IMG/VR virus record: IMGVR_UViG_3300021256_000012
Coordinates: 1,367-65,366 of that record
Strand: one strand, 5' to 3'
Source: a virus
Lineage: Duplodnaviria > Caudoviricetes
Length of the DNA: 64,000 nucleotides
Shown here: positions 1-10,212 of the stretch, in pieces
Layout of the letters: every line of letters starts with the position of its first letter
How positions within the stretch are numbered: position 1 is the first letter of the stretch
The notes under the pieces: model-generated
What the model saw: only the letters and a program-made list of their open reading frames with translations
What the model was told of the DNA's origin: nothing
Databases searched by the model: none
Program-made: the position numbers and the translations under genes

Positions 1-234
1 ACTAAACTATATGACAAAGCCACTAAGATTATTGCTACCGAAGAGGTTGTCATCTGTGGTCATTGTGTAATGCTGAGTGCTAAAAACAATCAGCTGCTTT
101 TGGACTTGCCAGGCGTTTACCGTTTTGTATTGAACGACGTGTCTGCGCTAACTAATGTCCAGATATTTTTAAGAACATTCACTAAGCAGGAGTTTGACAG
201 AAACTCTAGTTTGTTTATAGGAGAAAGACTATGA
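1..234 (+). CDS. 5'-truncated hypothetical protein (head module)
   Basis: Frame 1 is open from base 1 to TGA 232-234, overlapping the next ATG (ATGA). Confidence 0.75.
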   Translation, partial: TKLYDKATKIIATEEVVICGHCVMLSAKNNQLLLDLPGVYRFVLNDVSALTNVQIFLRTFTKQEFDRNSSLFIGERL

Positions 235-548
235 GTTGCACAGACGAAGGCCCATTTGACGGTGGCGTTTACAACAATCCACAGATTAACGAGCCTGAAA
301 TCAATGGCGGTAAGATTACCAATACCACACTGGATGGCTCAGTAAGCATGACTGCTTCGGCTGCTAAAGCTGTAGCTGAAATTCTGCAGGAGGTTTCCCC
401 TACTGCTTTAACCGACGCACCTAAGCAGTCTGAAGGTACAGATGTTCCAACCATTATCGTTGGTGAAGATCGTACTGTGATTTTAGGTAAACCTTTTAAA
501 TGGATTAAATGCGGTGACGGTATGATTCCAGTATTCCGCAAGGGGTAA
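231..548 (+). CDS. hypothetical virion-module protein
   Basis: SD GGAG upstream, coupled to neighbours. Confidence 0.7.
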   Translation: MSCTDEGPFDGGVYNNPQINEPEINGGKITNTTLDGSVSMTASAAKAVAEILQEVSPTALTDAPKQSEGTDVPTIIVGEDRTVILGKPFKWIKCGDGMIPVFRKG

Positions 549-551
549 TCT

Positions 552-803
552 ATGGGTAACATTGTTTCAGTTACAAGTAGTCCTGTAGTTCCAAGTGCCC
601 CTTCTAAATTAGAGGAAGCACGTAGGAAAATGTGGGACATGCCTGCACCTACCACCCGTGAGCAGTTCTTAGAGCGTAAAGACATGCGCAATGAGATTGC
701 ACGTATGGAGAAACAGGATTATATGACCCTGCATAAAGCAGGTTATGGGACTGTTATGAGTCTTCGTGGCAAAGTCAGAGGGGAAAACGACAATGGCATG
801 TAG
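552..803 (+). CDS. hypothetical protein
   Basis: Tightly packed ORF in + operon. Confidence 0.65.
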   Translation: MGNIVSVTSSPVVPSAPSKLEEARRKMWDMPAPTTREQFLERKDMRNEIARMEKQDYMTLHKAGYGTVMSLRGKVRGENDNGM

Positions 804-960
804 TTCTTGCAGAAAGTCTCCTGTAGTAAGGAGACCATCATCTACACCTTCAGGTAACGGTGGTATTGTATTACCTACTCCTGAGCATGTTAATCAGACT
901 ATGGCTAAGAATGCTGATCCACGTTCTAAAGTAATGGGTCTGAAGTATGTACCAAAATAA
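793..960 (+). CDS. small basic Cys-containing protein (MACSSC...)
   Basis: SD GAGGGG before ATG 793, in frame with track ORF 766..960. Confidence 0.6.
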   Translation: MACSSCRKSPVVRRPSSTPSGNGGIVLPTPEHVNQTMAKNADPRSKVMGLKYVPK

Positions 961-1186
961 TCTGAAGACTCTGCTGACTAATTCAGTAGGTCTTGACGCA
1001 TTAAAGGATTATCTTAAGCAGCGTATTAAGGAAACTGAAGAACAGTTTACTAAGGCTGCAAAAGCAGTTGTCTTCGACGAGGGCAATAGAATGTCTGCTA
1101 TGGTTATTCACGGTAGATTACAGGAGCTTAACGACTTAGTCGTTCTGCTTGATAAACTAGAGACATCTACAGAGGGGAAAAAGTAA
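947..1186 (+). CDS. hypothetical protein
   Basis: Helical 79-aa ORF abutting the scaffold gene. Confidence 0.65.
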   Translation: MYQNNLKTLLTNSVGLDALKDYLKQRIKETEEQFTKAAKAVVFDEGNRMSAMVIHGRLQELNDLVVLLDKLETSTEGKK

Positions 1187-2209
1187 ATGTCATTACGTAC
1201 AGGAAACGCTACACGCGACCGCATACTTGCCGACCGTGACGCCTTTATAGACGGATGGAAGGCAGAACAGCAACAGAAACAGCAACAGAACACACTGCAT
1301 GAGGCTCCTGCAGCTCAATCGCCAGTTCATCCTCAGGCACAACCACAGACTCAGAGCACACCTGCTCCACAGCCTGCTCCACAGCCTGTACCAGTGTCTG
1401 ATATCCCAGTACCTGATGATTTCATCAAGTCAGTGGATAACATGGGTAAGCTTAACGTAGAACCACAGCAGCCGCAGGAAAACCCTGAGATTAAGGCTAT
1501 GCGTGAGGAGAACGCTAAGCTTCAGAAAGAGCTTGAGGAACTGCGTAAGGCTCGTGAGACTGACTCTGCTTCCTTAGCAGAGCTGAACAAGTTGCGTGAA
1601 AAGCAACGTGTTGACGAGTATCTTGCAGGAATGGACGGATTAAATTCTGTTAATGCTGACGACGCACGCAAGCTGGTAGCTCCTCTGTTACAGCAGATGG
1701 ACAAGGCACGCGAGGACAGCGCCAAGCAGTTACAGGAAGCTCGTGCTGCTATCGAACAGCGTTTCACTGAGATGGACAAGCGCAAGGCACAGGATAAGAA
1801 TAATCAGATTTATTCACAGATTATTAAAGCACACCCTGACCTGCAGCAGTTACAGAAGACCAAGGAATATTCAGAGGTTATGCTGTCACCTGTACAGCCT
1901 AACTCCAACATTACCGTAGGCGAGCTGGTTGCAGCCGAGCTTAAGAACGGTAACGCAGATTACATTATCAAGGTGTTGGATACTGTGAAACAGCGTAGTG
2001 CAGTACCTAACATCAATGCAGTTGCCTCAGTCAGTGGCAGTGCTACCGCAGGAGCAGCCACCGGTACTGATACAACTGGAGATATTTTAACTGATGAACA
2101 GATAGCCGATTTAAGGTTTAAAGTTCAGACAGGAGAAATCAGTCGTGATGAGTTTAGAGCTCGCATGGCTAGACATAGGGAAGCGTCTAAGCTTCATAAT
2201 CGTAAGTAA
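1187..2209 (+). CDS. capsid scaffolding protein
   Basis: P/Q-rich linker plus long coiled coil, immediately upstream of major capsid gene. Confidence 0.7.
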   Translation: MSLRTGNATRDRILADRDAFIDGWKAEQQQKQQQNTLHEAPAAQSPVHPQAQPQTQSTPAPQPAPQPVPVSDIPVPDDFIKSVDNMGKLNVEPQQPQENPEIKAMREENAKLQKELEELRKARETDSASLAELNKLREKQRVDEYLAGMDGLNSVNADDARKLVAPLLQQMDKAREDSAKQLQEARAAIEQRFTEMDKRKAQDKNNQIYSQIIKAHPDLQQLQKTKEYSEVMLSPVQPNSNITVGELVAAELKNGNADYIIKVLDTVKQRSAVPNINAVASVSGSATAGAATGTDTTGDILTDEQIADLRFKVQTGEISRDEFRARMARHREASKLHNRK

Positions 2210-2223
2210 AATAGGAGGGCATT

Positions 2224-3186
2224 ATGCCAGCACCATTACAATCAGCTAGTGGATACGGTGGGTTAGACGCAACACCTCTAGCCAGACCAGGTTACTACAA
2301 TATGATTATGGCTCGTGTCTATGAGCGTGACTTCTTACCTGAAATCACCAACTCAGAAATCGACGAGCGCATTATCCAGTGCCACCAGCAGGTTCAGATC
2401 TTAAAGGCTCCTGAAGTGGGTCCATGGCGTTCAATTCAGAAGAACCAGGAAATGGTACCTTCACAGGTAACCGCCGAGGCTATCTGCTTTGAAATCTGTA
2501 ACGCTGCTTACAACGATATTAAGTTTGATAAGCTTGATATTCGCTGGGCATGCGACCGCTGGGATCAGTTCGAGGACAAGTTCTTAGAGGACGTCTATGA
2601 GTCATGGGTTTCAATGCAGCGCCGCTGGGTTCTAACCGCTATGATCATGGAAGCTTCTACTGACAACCAGGGTTCGGCAGCTGGTAAGCACCATGATATT
2701 GATCTTGGTTCTCGTGGTAACCCAATCGAGATTACTCCAAGCAATATTGCTTTCCACTTCACCAACTTACAGCGTGTTCTAATGGAACAGCTACGTTGGG
2801 TTGAGGGTGACATGTTCTTAGTATTACCAGTAGCTTTCCGTACTACTTTAGTAATGTCTAACTTCGCAAACTCAATGTGGGTAGGCGACGCTAAGAAGAC
2901 TTCAGTAGCAGTGGACGGCATGTGGGAACAGCCAATTGCGGGCTTCAATCTGATTGAAACTGTACATGCACCATTCGTTAAGGAAGCTGATGGTCGTATC
3001 TGTTACTATGTTGTAGCAGGTCACCGTTCAGCATTCGCATACGCAGCCGACATTATTGACGGACGTATCGTTTATCCTGAGCGTACATGGTCAGCTGAGT
3101 ACCAGATGTTAGGCGTATGGGGCGGTAAGATGTTGTACCCAGAGGCAATTGCTGTTGGTTACTGGACATTCAACCCAGGCGTTTAA
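2224..3186 (+). CDS. major capsid protein
   Basis: 320 aa, strong SD GGAGGG, position after scaffold, capsid-like composition. Confidence 0.8.
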   Translation: MPAPLQSASGYGGLDATPLARPGYYNMIMARVYERDFLPEITNSEIDERIIQCHQQVQILKAPEVGPWRSIQKNQEMVPSQVTAEAICFEICNAAYNDIKFDKLDIRWACDRWDQFEDKFLEDVYESWVSMQRRWVLTAMIMEASTDNQGSAAGKHHDIDLGSRGNPIEITPSNIAFHFTNLQRVLMEQLRWVEGDMFLVLPVAFRTTLVMSNFANSMWVGDAKKTSVAVDGMWEQPIAGFNLIETVHAPFVKEADGRICYYVVAGHRSAFAYAADIIDGRIVYPERTWSAEYQMLGVWGGKMLYPEAIAVGYWTFNPGV

Positions 3187-3205
3187 GTGAAAGGAGACGA
3201 ATAAA

Positions 3206-3952
3206 ATGGCAAATATTAGTTTATATCGCGGTGGTACTCCTGTCGTAAAGTTCATGTGGTGCGATAAGGATCACCCTGTTTATACTCCACCATTCAGACA
3301 GAGACATGAGGGTACAACCTCTAACCTGTTTGCAGACGAGCGCCCACTGGCTGAGACTCCTCCATACGACTCTCATGCTGACGGTGCTTACAACTTAGGC
3401 AACTTTGTGATTGGTATGCCATTTGCTCCACGTGTACGTGGACAGATTGCACAGCGCAAAGCTTTACAGGCACAGCAGTTAGCTGTTGGTGATATTCTTC
3501 AGATGATTTGGTTACCTGAAGACCATGTCGCTACCTATCTGAACCTGAAGTCAATTACTGTCGACGCTTCAATGGCAGGTGCTTCTGTAGCTCTAGTAGT
3601 TCAGAACGCTGTACCTGACGCAAATGGTGACTTCACCTACACTGAAGATACTGCATTTGCAGCTGCAGTAACTGCACAGGTTGGTGCTAATGCCTTCAAC
3701 GTAGATGCACCATTCAACGCATTTGTATCTCTGTTCGCAGCAGATGCTGATGGCTATGTAAAACCAATGTATAGCTCACCATATCTGCCAGCTAAAGATG
3801 ATTCCTCAGCCGAGACCTTCCCTCAGTACAAGATTTTCGGTCTGAAGATTTTATCTCTGCCAACAGATACCAACGTAACCTTTGCTGATATGCTAAGTGC
3901 TATCTATATGTCTGTACGTATGGAAGCATTTGAGTGCCCATCAGCTAACTAA
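3206..3952 (+). CDS. minor capsid / decoration protein
   Basis: Strong SD, highly biased codon usage, follows major capsid. Confidence 0.55.
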   Translation: MANISLYRGGTPVVKFMWCDKDHPVYTPPFRQRHEGTTSNLFADERPLAETPPYDSHADGAYNLGNFVIGMPFAPRVRGQIAQRKALQAQQLAVGDILQMIWLPEDHVATYLNLKSITVDASMAGASVALVVQNAVPDANGDFTYTEDTAFAAAVTAQVGANAFNVDAPFNAFVSLFAADADGYVKPMYSSPYLPAKDDSSAETFPQYKIFGLKILSLPTDTNVTFADMLSAIYMSVRMEAFECPSAN

Positions 3953-3966
3953 TGGAGGAACCCAAA

Positions 3967-4128
3967 ATGGCAGAACCATTACAGTTCAACGGTCTACCAC
4001 GCTGCCCAGCAGGCAAGTTCGGTAGAGATACCAGTGATATGCCACGTATGATCAAATCGCTGAAGATGCCAAAGCCACAGGCTGCTGAAAGCACCGTAAA
4101 GCGTTCTGCATCAGGACGTAGACGTTAG
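3967..4128 (+). CDS. 53-aa basic protein (not in ORF track)
   Basis: SD GGAGG; MAEPLQFNG...SASGRRR. Confidence 0.65.
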   Translation: MAEPLQFNGLPRCPAGKFGRDTSDMPRMIKSLKMPKPQAAESTVKRSASGRRR

Positions 4129-4155
4129 TTCAAATTTGCATGAGGGGTATTTAAT

Positions 4156-4647
4156 ATGCAAACTTTAACTGATATTCAGAACACCATGAAACAGGATAGA
4201 ACCAACGGCTATGTGCAGACTGAGCCACAGGCTGAGTTCTATCAGAAACTTCAGGACATGCATCCAAACAACGACCGTGTATTGCCACATTCACCATGTA
4301 TTCGTATTAAGAAGACTGGTGTTATATGGCCATGGTCTGAAGCGTTTGCAGCACGTCCTGACCTTTGCGACTGCTGTAATGAGGACGGCACCCCTTGGGT
4401 AGACAACCGTGTTCCAGTGCAGCAGGCACCTGTAGCTGTCAATGGTGTGATTGAACGTAAGAATGTAAACAACGAACACGCAACCGCTGTTGGACTGGCA
4501 GGCGAGAAATTAGGCGTAGGCAAGGAGTTCTCACAGGACTACTCTCGTGCCAACGGTTCTAAGGAAGCTCTGCCACTACCTGAGCAGCAGCAATCAGTAG
4601 ATATAGGTTCAATTATAGATGCTGTATTCGCAACCAATGTAAAGTAA
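4156..4647 (+). CDS. hypothetical structural-module protein
   Basis: SD GAGGGG, 163 aa, CDCC motif. Confidence 0.65.
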   Translation: MQTLTDIQNTMKQDRTNGYVQTEPQAEFYQKLQDMHPNNDRVLPHSPCIRIKKTGVIWPWSEAFAARPDLCDCCNEDGTPWVDNRVPVQQAPVAVNGVIERKNVNNEHATAVGLAGEKLGVGKEFSQDYSRANGSKEALPLPEQQQSVDIGSIIDAVFATNVK

Positions 4648-4656
4648 GGAGACTCT

Positions 4657-5352
4657 ATGGCTTCACTGCAGGACCTCGTTAGACAGGTCAGTATTGATTT
4701 AAACGACTATGCGGCAGGCCATGAGTTTACTACCTGGACTGAGGAGCAGGTTGCAGCTTATATTCTTGAAGGCTTGCAGGTAGCCTTCACATTCCGCTCA
4801 GAACTATTTATGCGTACCGCTGTGATTGAACTCACAGCTGGTAACTCTGTTCAGCGTCCATGTGACTGTACCAAGATACGCAGAGTATATGGTATCAGCA
4901 CCAAAGACGGACGACTTCTCTATGGTATCCGTAAGCGTAAGGCTTCCGACAAGTTGCAGTGGTATGGTAAGACCTGCCCTGTTGATCCTAAATACTGGAA
5001 AGCCCGCGATTACTATATTGATTCCGAGGGTGACACCATTTTCATAGAGCCAGCTCCACCTGTAGGTCAGAAGACCTACGCGCTCATTGAGTGTGCGTCA
5101 GCTCCTACTATGGAAGACCTCAACAGTGGTATGGATATCCCGGTAGAGCTTGTAGCCCCTGCAATTCAGTGGGCATTATATCGCGCCAAGATGGTAGACA
5201 GCGAGAACAACGCTACTATCTTCAGCGTGGCACAACAGCATAAGACTACCTGTTTCCAGCTTCTGCAGGTACAGGTGCAGATGAATGACAGTCTTGAAGT
5301 AGACCGTACAGCGCCTAATCAGGCTAATGTGAGGGTAGCAGACAATGGCTAA
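4657..5352 (+). CDS. head-tail connector / adaptor (DUF6682-like)
   Basis: N-terminal DLND...WT pattern typical of podophage connectors; synteny. Confidence 0.6.
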   Translation: MASLQDLVRQVSIDLNDYAAGHEFTTWTEEQVAAYILEGLQVAFTFRSELFMRTAVIELTAGNSVQRPCDCTKIRRVYGISTKDGRLLYGIRKRKASDKLQWYGKTCPVDPKYWKARDYYIDSEGDTIFIEPAPPVGQKTYALIECASAPTMEDLNSGMDIPVELVAPAIQWALYRAKMVDSENNATIFSVAQQHKTTCFQLLQVQVQMNDSLEVDRTAPNQANVRVADNG

Positions 5353-5986
5353 TATAGTTTTTGAAAATACCCCAAAGGTACCGTTTGATGTGTTCTATGA
5401 CGACCTCTCTTATGAGTTCACAGACGCACCTTACGGTCTACTTGAAAACTGTGTAAAGAGAACTGTGACACGTATAGCAGAGCGTACCAATATGCTGCGC
5501 CGTACTGTGTTCTTAACTACAGAATGCAATGTGCATAACTATCTTTTAGAACCACCTGACTGCATGGACGTGATAGCTATTATGTCTATCTGTTATTGTC
5601 ATAGTAAGTTCCTGCATGGACCTCTGTATCGTCTGACTTCACCAACCTGTACCTGCTGTTGTTTTGACAACAACGTGTCAGTTGATCATGGTGAGATTGT
5701 ATTCAGTGCTCCTAAGTCTGGTACAACTTTTAAAATTGTTATGTCCGTCAAACCTAGAAGGGACTCCTGTGAGGTTGACAGCATTCTTGAGGAAGAACAC
5801 CACGAATTAGTGCTTGACGGTGTGCGCTCCATCTTATTTGCTATGGCTGATAAGCCATGGTCGTCAGTTCAGCGTGCGCAGCTGAGTGAGCAGGCTTTTC
5901 TGCATGGTTGTGCTGAAGCAGCGGTTGACACCATGCTCGGTAATCAGCGCGGTGTTATGCGTGTTAAACGTGGGAGAGTTTTCTAA
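5345..5986 (+). CDS. tail adaptor / tubular protein A-like
   Basis: Synteny between connector and nozzle; 213 aa. Confidence 0.5.
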   Translation: MANIVFENTPKVPFDVFYDDLSYEFTDAPYGLLENCVKRTVTRIAERTNMLRRTVFLTTECNVHNYLLEPPDCMDVIAIMSICYCHSKFLHGPLYRLTSPTCTCCCFDNNVSVDHGEIVFSAPKSGTTFKIVMSVKPRRDSCEVDSILEEEHHELVLDGVRSILFAMADKPWSSVQRAQLSEQAFLHGCAEAAVDTMLGNQRGVMRVKRGRVF

Positions 5987-6035
5987 ATGATGGAAGGTTG
6001 GGACGGGTATCCGTTTAACTAGATGAGGTTTTCTA

Positions 6036-7313
6036 ATGGCAACAAATAATTGCAGAAACACCGTTAAGGTTTTAGATTGCGGAAACGACTTGGACAATCA
6101 GCATAAGACTGTGTATGAACCATTCAGTGTATGCCTTCCTTTCGGTCGTCAGCTCGTCTATGACGGACAGGGCTTGCGACTGAAAGGCTCTGTAACTATT
6201 GCTGACGGAAAATACGGACAGATTGTAGTAGAGAACGGTTGTATTACGGACGCCCTTGAACAGCCTGTATGTGAATATACTGCCCAGCCATGCACACCTG
6301 CAGCAACTCCATGTGGCGACAGCGGTAGCGGTGACGTACCACTTCAGCCAGGTGCCGATAATATTCTTAATTATGACGCCTCAGGTCGTTTGGGCGGTCA
6401 GATAAACTACACCACTTCAACAGAGGGCTTAACCATTTCCGGCTACGGTACAGTGGCAAGTCCTCTGACTATTGACTACACACCTGGCGAGGCTGCCAAG
6501 ACTTATATACAGGGTGGTACTGCAGCTGTCACCATATCAGGACAGGGCACAGCTGACAACCCTTATAATGTTTCTCATAAGTCTTCTCCATTAGGGGCTG
6601 GTACATACGGTCAGTACACTATTGACGAGTTCGGTCATGTTACTGGCTTTGATGAGCAGAGCTTAGGTGTTACATCTATTATTGCGGGTGACGGTACAGT
6701 TGTTACTAATGCAGGTACTGTTTATACCGTAGGATTGGCACGTCAGTCAACCTACGGAACATTCAGAATGGGTGGTTATGATATAACTACCAGCGGTGAG
6801 GGTGTAGTCACCGGGGTTTCACAGGTTATTGAATTTCCTGTAGACGTTGATACACAGTCTTTTACTCTTGACCCTATTCTGAATACGCTGTCATTCAATG
6901 CTTATGGCAGTCTTGTTGGTTACACTCCACGTGAGAAAGAAGCTGCCTGCGATCAGTTCGCTGATGTGTTTGACGCCGGACGTAATTCTACTTCCATGAC
7001 GATTACAACCACTAAGAACGCTTTTTTCAAGATTACATACCGTGGTCGTTTGACAGCAAGTGCTCCTGGTTCTACTGTTTATGGCTACTATCCATTAACA
7101 TCACCATATAGTCTGTATGTAGGTTCACGCAGACTGACAGCCTATGCTTACTACAATTCTGCCAATGCTGGTATCGTTGAGGTCGTAGCCGTTACAGACG
7201 CTTATTATGCTCCTGGTAACTACACTATATCTTTGCAGTGTTCAACGGAAGACTTCACATTCACAGATGGTGCAATAATGACCGTAGAGCTTATTGGAAG
7301 AGGTAACGCTTAA
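6036..7313 (+). CDS. tail spike / fibre-like structural protein
   Basis: G/T/S-rich beta repeats (GTYGQYTIDEFGHVT, GSGTxxxPY-like motifs). Confidence 0.6.
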   Translation: MATNNCRNTVKVLDCGNDLDNQHKTVYEPFSVCLPFGRQLVYDGQGLRLKGSVTIADGKYGQIVVENGCITDALEQPVCEYTAQPCTPAATPCGDSGSGDVPLQPGADNILNYDASGRLGGQINYTTSTEGLTISGYGTVASPLTIDYTPGEAAKTYIQGGTAAVTISGQGTADNPYNVSHKSSPLGAGTYGQYTIDEFGHVTGFDEQSLGVTSIIAGDGTVVTNAGTVYTVGLARQSTYGTFRMGGYDITTSGEGVVTGVSQVIEFPVDVDTQSFTLDPILNTLSFNAYGSLVGYTPREKEAACDQFADVFDAGRNSTSMTITTTKNAFFKITYRGRLTASAPGSTVYGYYPLTSPYSLYVGSRRLTAYAYYNSANAGIVEVVAVTDAYYAPGNYTISLQCSTEDFTFTDGAIMTVELIGRGNA

Positions 7314-8950
7314 TGGCTATTATCAGCAGTTTCGGTGGTATTATTCCGCGCGTGGCATGGCACAACCTGCCACTGACGAATGCTACTATTGCCCATGATG
7401 TGAAGATTAGAAACGGTAAGCTTGAGCCTTGGCGTGAGCGTCTTGCCGTTGGTACTTCCGTCAATGACGCAGTAGCAGTGTGGTATCACGGCTGCTGTCC
7501 TTATACTTTTGACAAGTGTGTAGATATGGCTGAGTATGTCACAGACTACGGCAGACTATATTTCACAGGACGTCAGGACTATCCTGAGGTTGCAAAGATT
7601 GAACATAACTGTGGGCTTACATACTATCGTCTAGGTGTTCCACAGCCTACGAATACTCCTCGTGTATCAGGTACGGAAAGCAATGGTAGAGACACTGCTT
7701 CCCGTACCTATGTTTACACGTATGTAAATGTCTTCGGTGAGGAAGGCGCACCTTCTCAGCCTTCAGCTTCACTTACTGTGAAAGATGGGACAGCGGTCAC
7801 CGTCAGTGGTTTTAATAGTCCTTCCGTTGAGTACGGTGTGACTGCTGTCAACATCTACCGTACAGCTACTGCCTGGGAAAGCGGTGAGGAGAAGACACAG
7901 GAAATTAACACAGATTACCTTTTGGTAGCAACTATACCAGTGGGTACGTCAAGCTATACAGATACGATTTTGGAGAAGAATTTAGGTGAGGCTATCACTA
8001 CAGAGTTTGTTCGTGAGCCCCCTGAGAACCTGCGCCATATTCGTTATCTGCGTGGCACAGGCGTGCTCATAGGTGTAACCACAAATCAGGTGCATTTCTC
8101 TAAAGCCTATCAGCCTAGCAACTGGCCAGTAGAATATGATCTGACGCTGCCTTATAACATTGTGAATGTCCAGACACTCGGCAATAAACTTTTTGTCTCT
8201 ACGGACAATTTTCCATTTGTGATTGACGGTGCTCCAAACTGTGAAGCACGTCAGTGTCGCAATGTGACTGAGGTGTTCACACCTCTGCCTGACATTGGGT
8301 GTGGACATGTGAACAGTTCTGTGGCTACTCCATTTGGTATGGTGTACTCTTCAAAGGACGGACTTGTTCTAGTTTCAGCTGACGCACGCTTTCAGATTAT
8401 AACATCTGCATGGTTCAGTACCGATGATTGGGTAAAGATTAGACCTGACACAGTACGACTTGCATACTGGCGTGGTTATATTGTCTGTGTCACAGACGTG
8501 ATCTCTTTCATGCTTGAGATTGACGGTGGCGTCTATAATGATAGTAAGGTCTCGAATTTAGTTACAATCTCTGATACGCCTATGGCTATGACAATCACAC
8601 AGTCAGGTGAGCTTATCATGCTTGACGGAAATATTCTGTGGCAGTGGAATGCAGGCAGTACCTATCGTAACTATAAGTGGACTTCAAGAGAACTGAATTT
8701 TGGTGGTACAAGTACGCCAACTACAGCAAAGGTGAAAACAGACGGTACAAAGCTACACCTCATAGATATGGACGGTTACCATGTATATGAGCGTTTCGTT
8801 CCAGACGAGGAGCCTGTAAGACTTAAACGTTTGGGTAGACAACGTTGCTGGCGTCTGTCGTTCACAGGCACGGGTACTGTAGAGTATGTTGCTCTTGGTA
8901 TGCGTTTCAATACGTTAGAGGGGAATACTAATAATGGCACTGCAATATAA
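7313..8950 (+). CDS. tail nozzle / stabilisation protein
   Basis: 545 aa, YVYTYVNVFGEEGAPS motif, beta-propeller-like; podophage synteny. Confidence 0.65.
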   Translation: MAIISSFGGIIPRVAWHNLPLTNATIAHDVKIRNGKLEPWRERLAVGTSVNDAVAVWYHGCCPYTFDKCVDMAEYVTDYGRLYFTGRQDYPEVAKIEHNCGLTYYRLGVPQPTNTPRVSGTESNGRDTASRTYVYTYVNVFGEEGAPSQPSASLTVKDGTAVTVSGFNSPSVEYGVTAVNIYRTATAWESGEEKTQEINTDYLLVATIPVGTSSYTDTILEKNLGEAITTEFVREPPENLRHIRYLRGTGVLIGVTTNQVHFSKAYQPSNWPVEYDLTLPYNIVNVQTLGNKLFVSTDNFPFVIDGAPNCEARQCRNVTEVFTPLPDIGCGHVNSSVATPFGMVYSSKDGLVLVSADARFQIITSAWFSTDDWVKIRPDTVRLAYWRGYIVCVTDVISFMLEIDGGVYNDSKVSNLVTISDTPMAMTITQSGELIMLDGNILWQWNAGSTYRNYKWTSRELNFGGTSTPTTAKVKTDGTKLHLIDMDGYHVYERFVPDEEPVRLKRLGRQRCWRLSFTGTGTVEYVALGMRFNTLEGNTNNGTAI

Positions 8951-9395
8951 ATATCTTGATAGACCTAAAGATGTAGACGACTGTATTACACTTTTAGATT
9001 CTGCAATTCTTCCATTACTCAAAGAACATTGGGATAAGTTTGGAAAAGCTGAATATGGTAGAGATTTTAATCTGAACACTGAGGCTTTCGTAGCCTTGTG
9101 GCTGAATACAAGTTTTACTATTGTGCTTGCTTATGACGATAATAATCCTGTTGGTATATTTATAGGTATTCGTGTATTACCTATGGAGTTCCAGGCTCGT
9201 GTACTTCAGGTTGAAACCTGTTATGGAAAGACCACCGAAGTTGAAGAAGGACTCTATAATTATATTAAGAGTATTGCTCCTATTGTTGGTTATGATGAAA
9301 TGTGGCTTAACACAGACACTAATAAGAATGTGGGTGCAGTAAAAGGTTTTAAGCAGATCGGCGAGACTTCTGTAGTACGTTTCACAAGAGAATAA
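8934..9395 (+). CDS. GNAT-like tail/ejection assembly protein
   Basis: 153 aa after nozzle; GNAT-like secondary pattern. Confidence 0.4.
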   Translation: MALQYKYLDRPKDVDDCITLLDSAILPLLKEHWDKFGKAEYGRDFNLNTEAFVALWLNTSFTIVLAYDDNNPVGIFIGIRVLPMEFQARVLQVETCYGKTTEVEEGLYNYIKSIAPIVGYDEMWLNTDTNKNVGAVKGFKQIGETSVVRFTRE

Positions 9396-9398
9396 ATT

Positions 9399-10208
9399 AT
9401 GGTTGCAGTAACGCATAATCAAACACCATGTAATAAAGGTATAACTGATACAGATAAGAGTATTCTGTCTTCTCTGTGGAATCTTGTACCTGCTGTAGTT
9501 GCTGCATATAACACAGGACAGGCAATCGACTTTGCCATGAAACAGCATGAGATTGCCAAAGACTATCTGAAAATTTCGCAATGGTATCGTGATTACTACA
9601 ATGCTTATTTCCGACCTGTAGAAGACCAGGAGCTTTCTGAGGCTATGAACCTACAGGAGACTACACCATATTACGATACCATGCGTGGTCGTGCTCAAAC
9701 TGTAGGGCGTATCAAGTTCAAGAACGCTATCAATAAAACTGTTCAGTGTACTTCCGAGTATTGTACGGGCTTACGCCAGCAGATGCTATATGACACGCTT
9801 GAGCAGGAAGCTAAGATTATGTCTACTCTGACAGGATTAGGTTATCGTAATGAGCGTTCCTACTACGAGAAACGTTCTGATGTACGTTGGAAACGCATGA
9901 TAAATACTGCCGCAAGAGGACGTGATCAGCAGGCGCAGGCTATTAACAGTGCAGCTCTTGCCTATGGTATTTATGGTGGACTTGGACAGCAGGCAGTTAA
10001 AGGTGCAGAAGGCGCAGCACAGGCTGCTGGTTACTTCTGGAATAGGAATGATACATTCTATCCAACTTTAATGCGTTCTGAAGGTAATTTAACTCCAGTA
10101 GATCCTAGTGTCACACCTATAAAATCTGAATACCTAAATAATTATCAGTCAGGTTACTATCAGACAGGGCAGGGTATGCGTGCTGTACAGGAAGAAGATT
10201 TGAGGTAA
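9399..10208 (+). CDS. internal virion (ejection) protein
   Basis: Helical A/Q-rich; paralogue of next gene. Confidence 0.55.
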   Translation: MVAVTHNQTPCNKGITDTDKSILSSLWNLVPAVVAAYNTGQAIDFAMKQHEIAKDYLKISQWYRDYYNAYFRPVEDQELSEAMNLQETTPYYDTMRGRAQTVGRIKFKNAINKTVQCTSEYCTGLRQQMLYDTLEQEAKIMSTLTGLGYRNERSYYEKRSDVRWKRMINTAARGRDQQAQAINSAALAYGIYGGLGQQAVKGAEGAAQAAGYFWNRNDTFYPTLMRSEGNLTPVDPSVTPIKSEYLNNYQSGYYQTGQGMRAVQEEDLR

Positions 10209-10212
10209 ACTT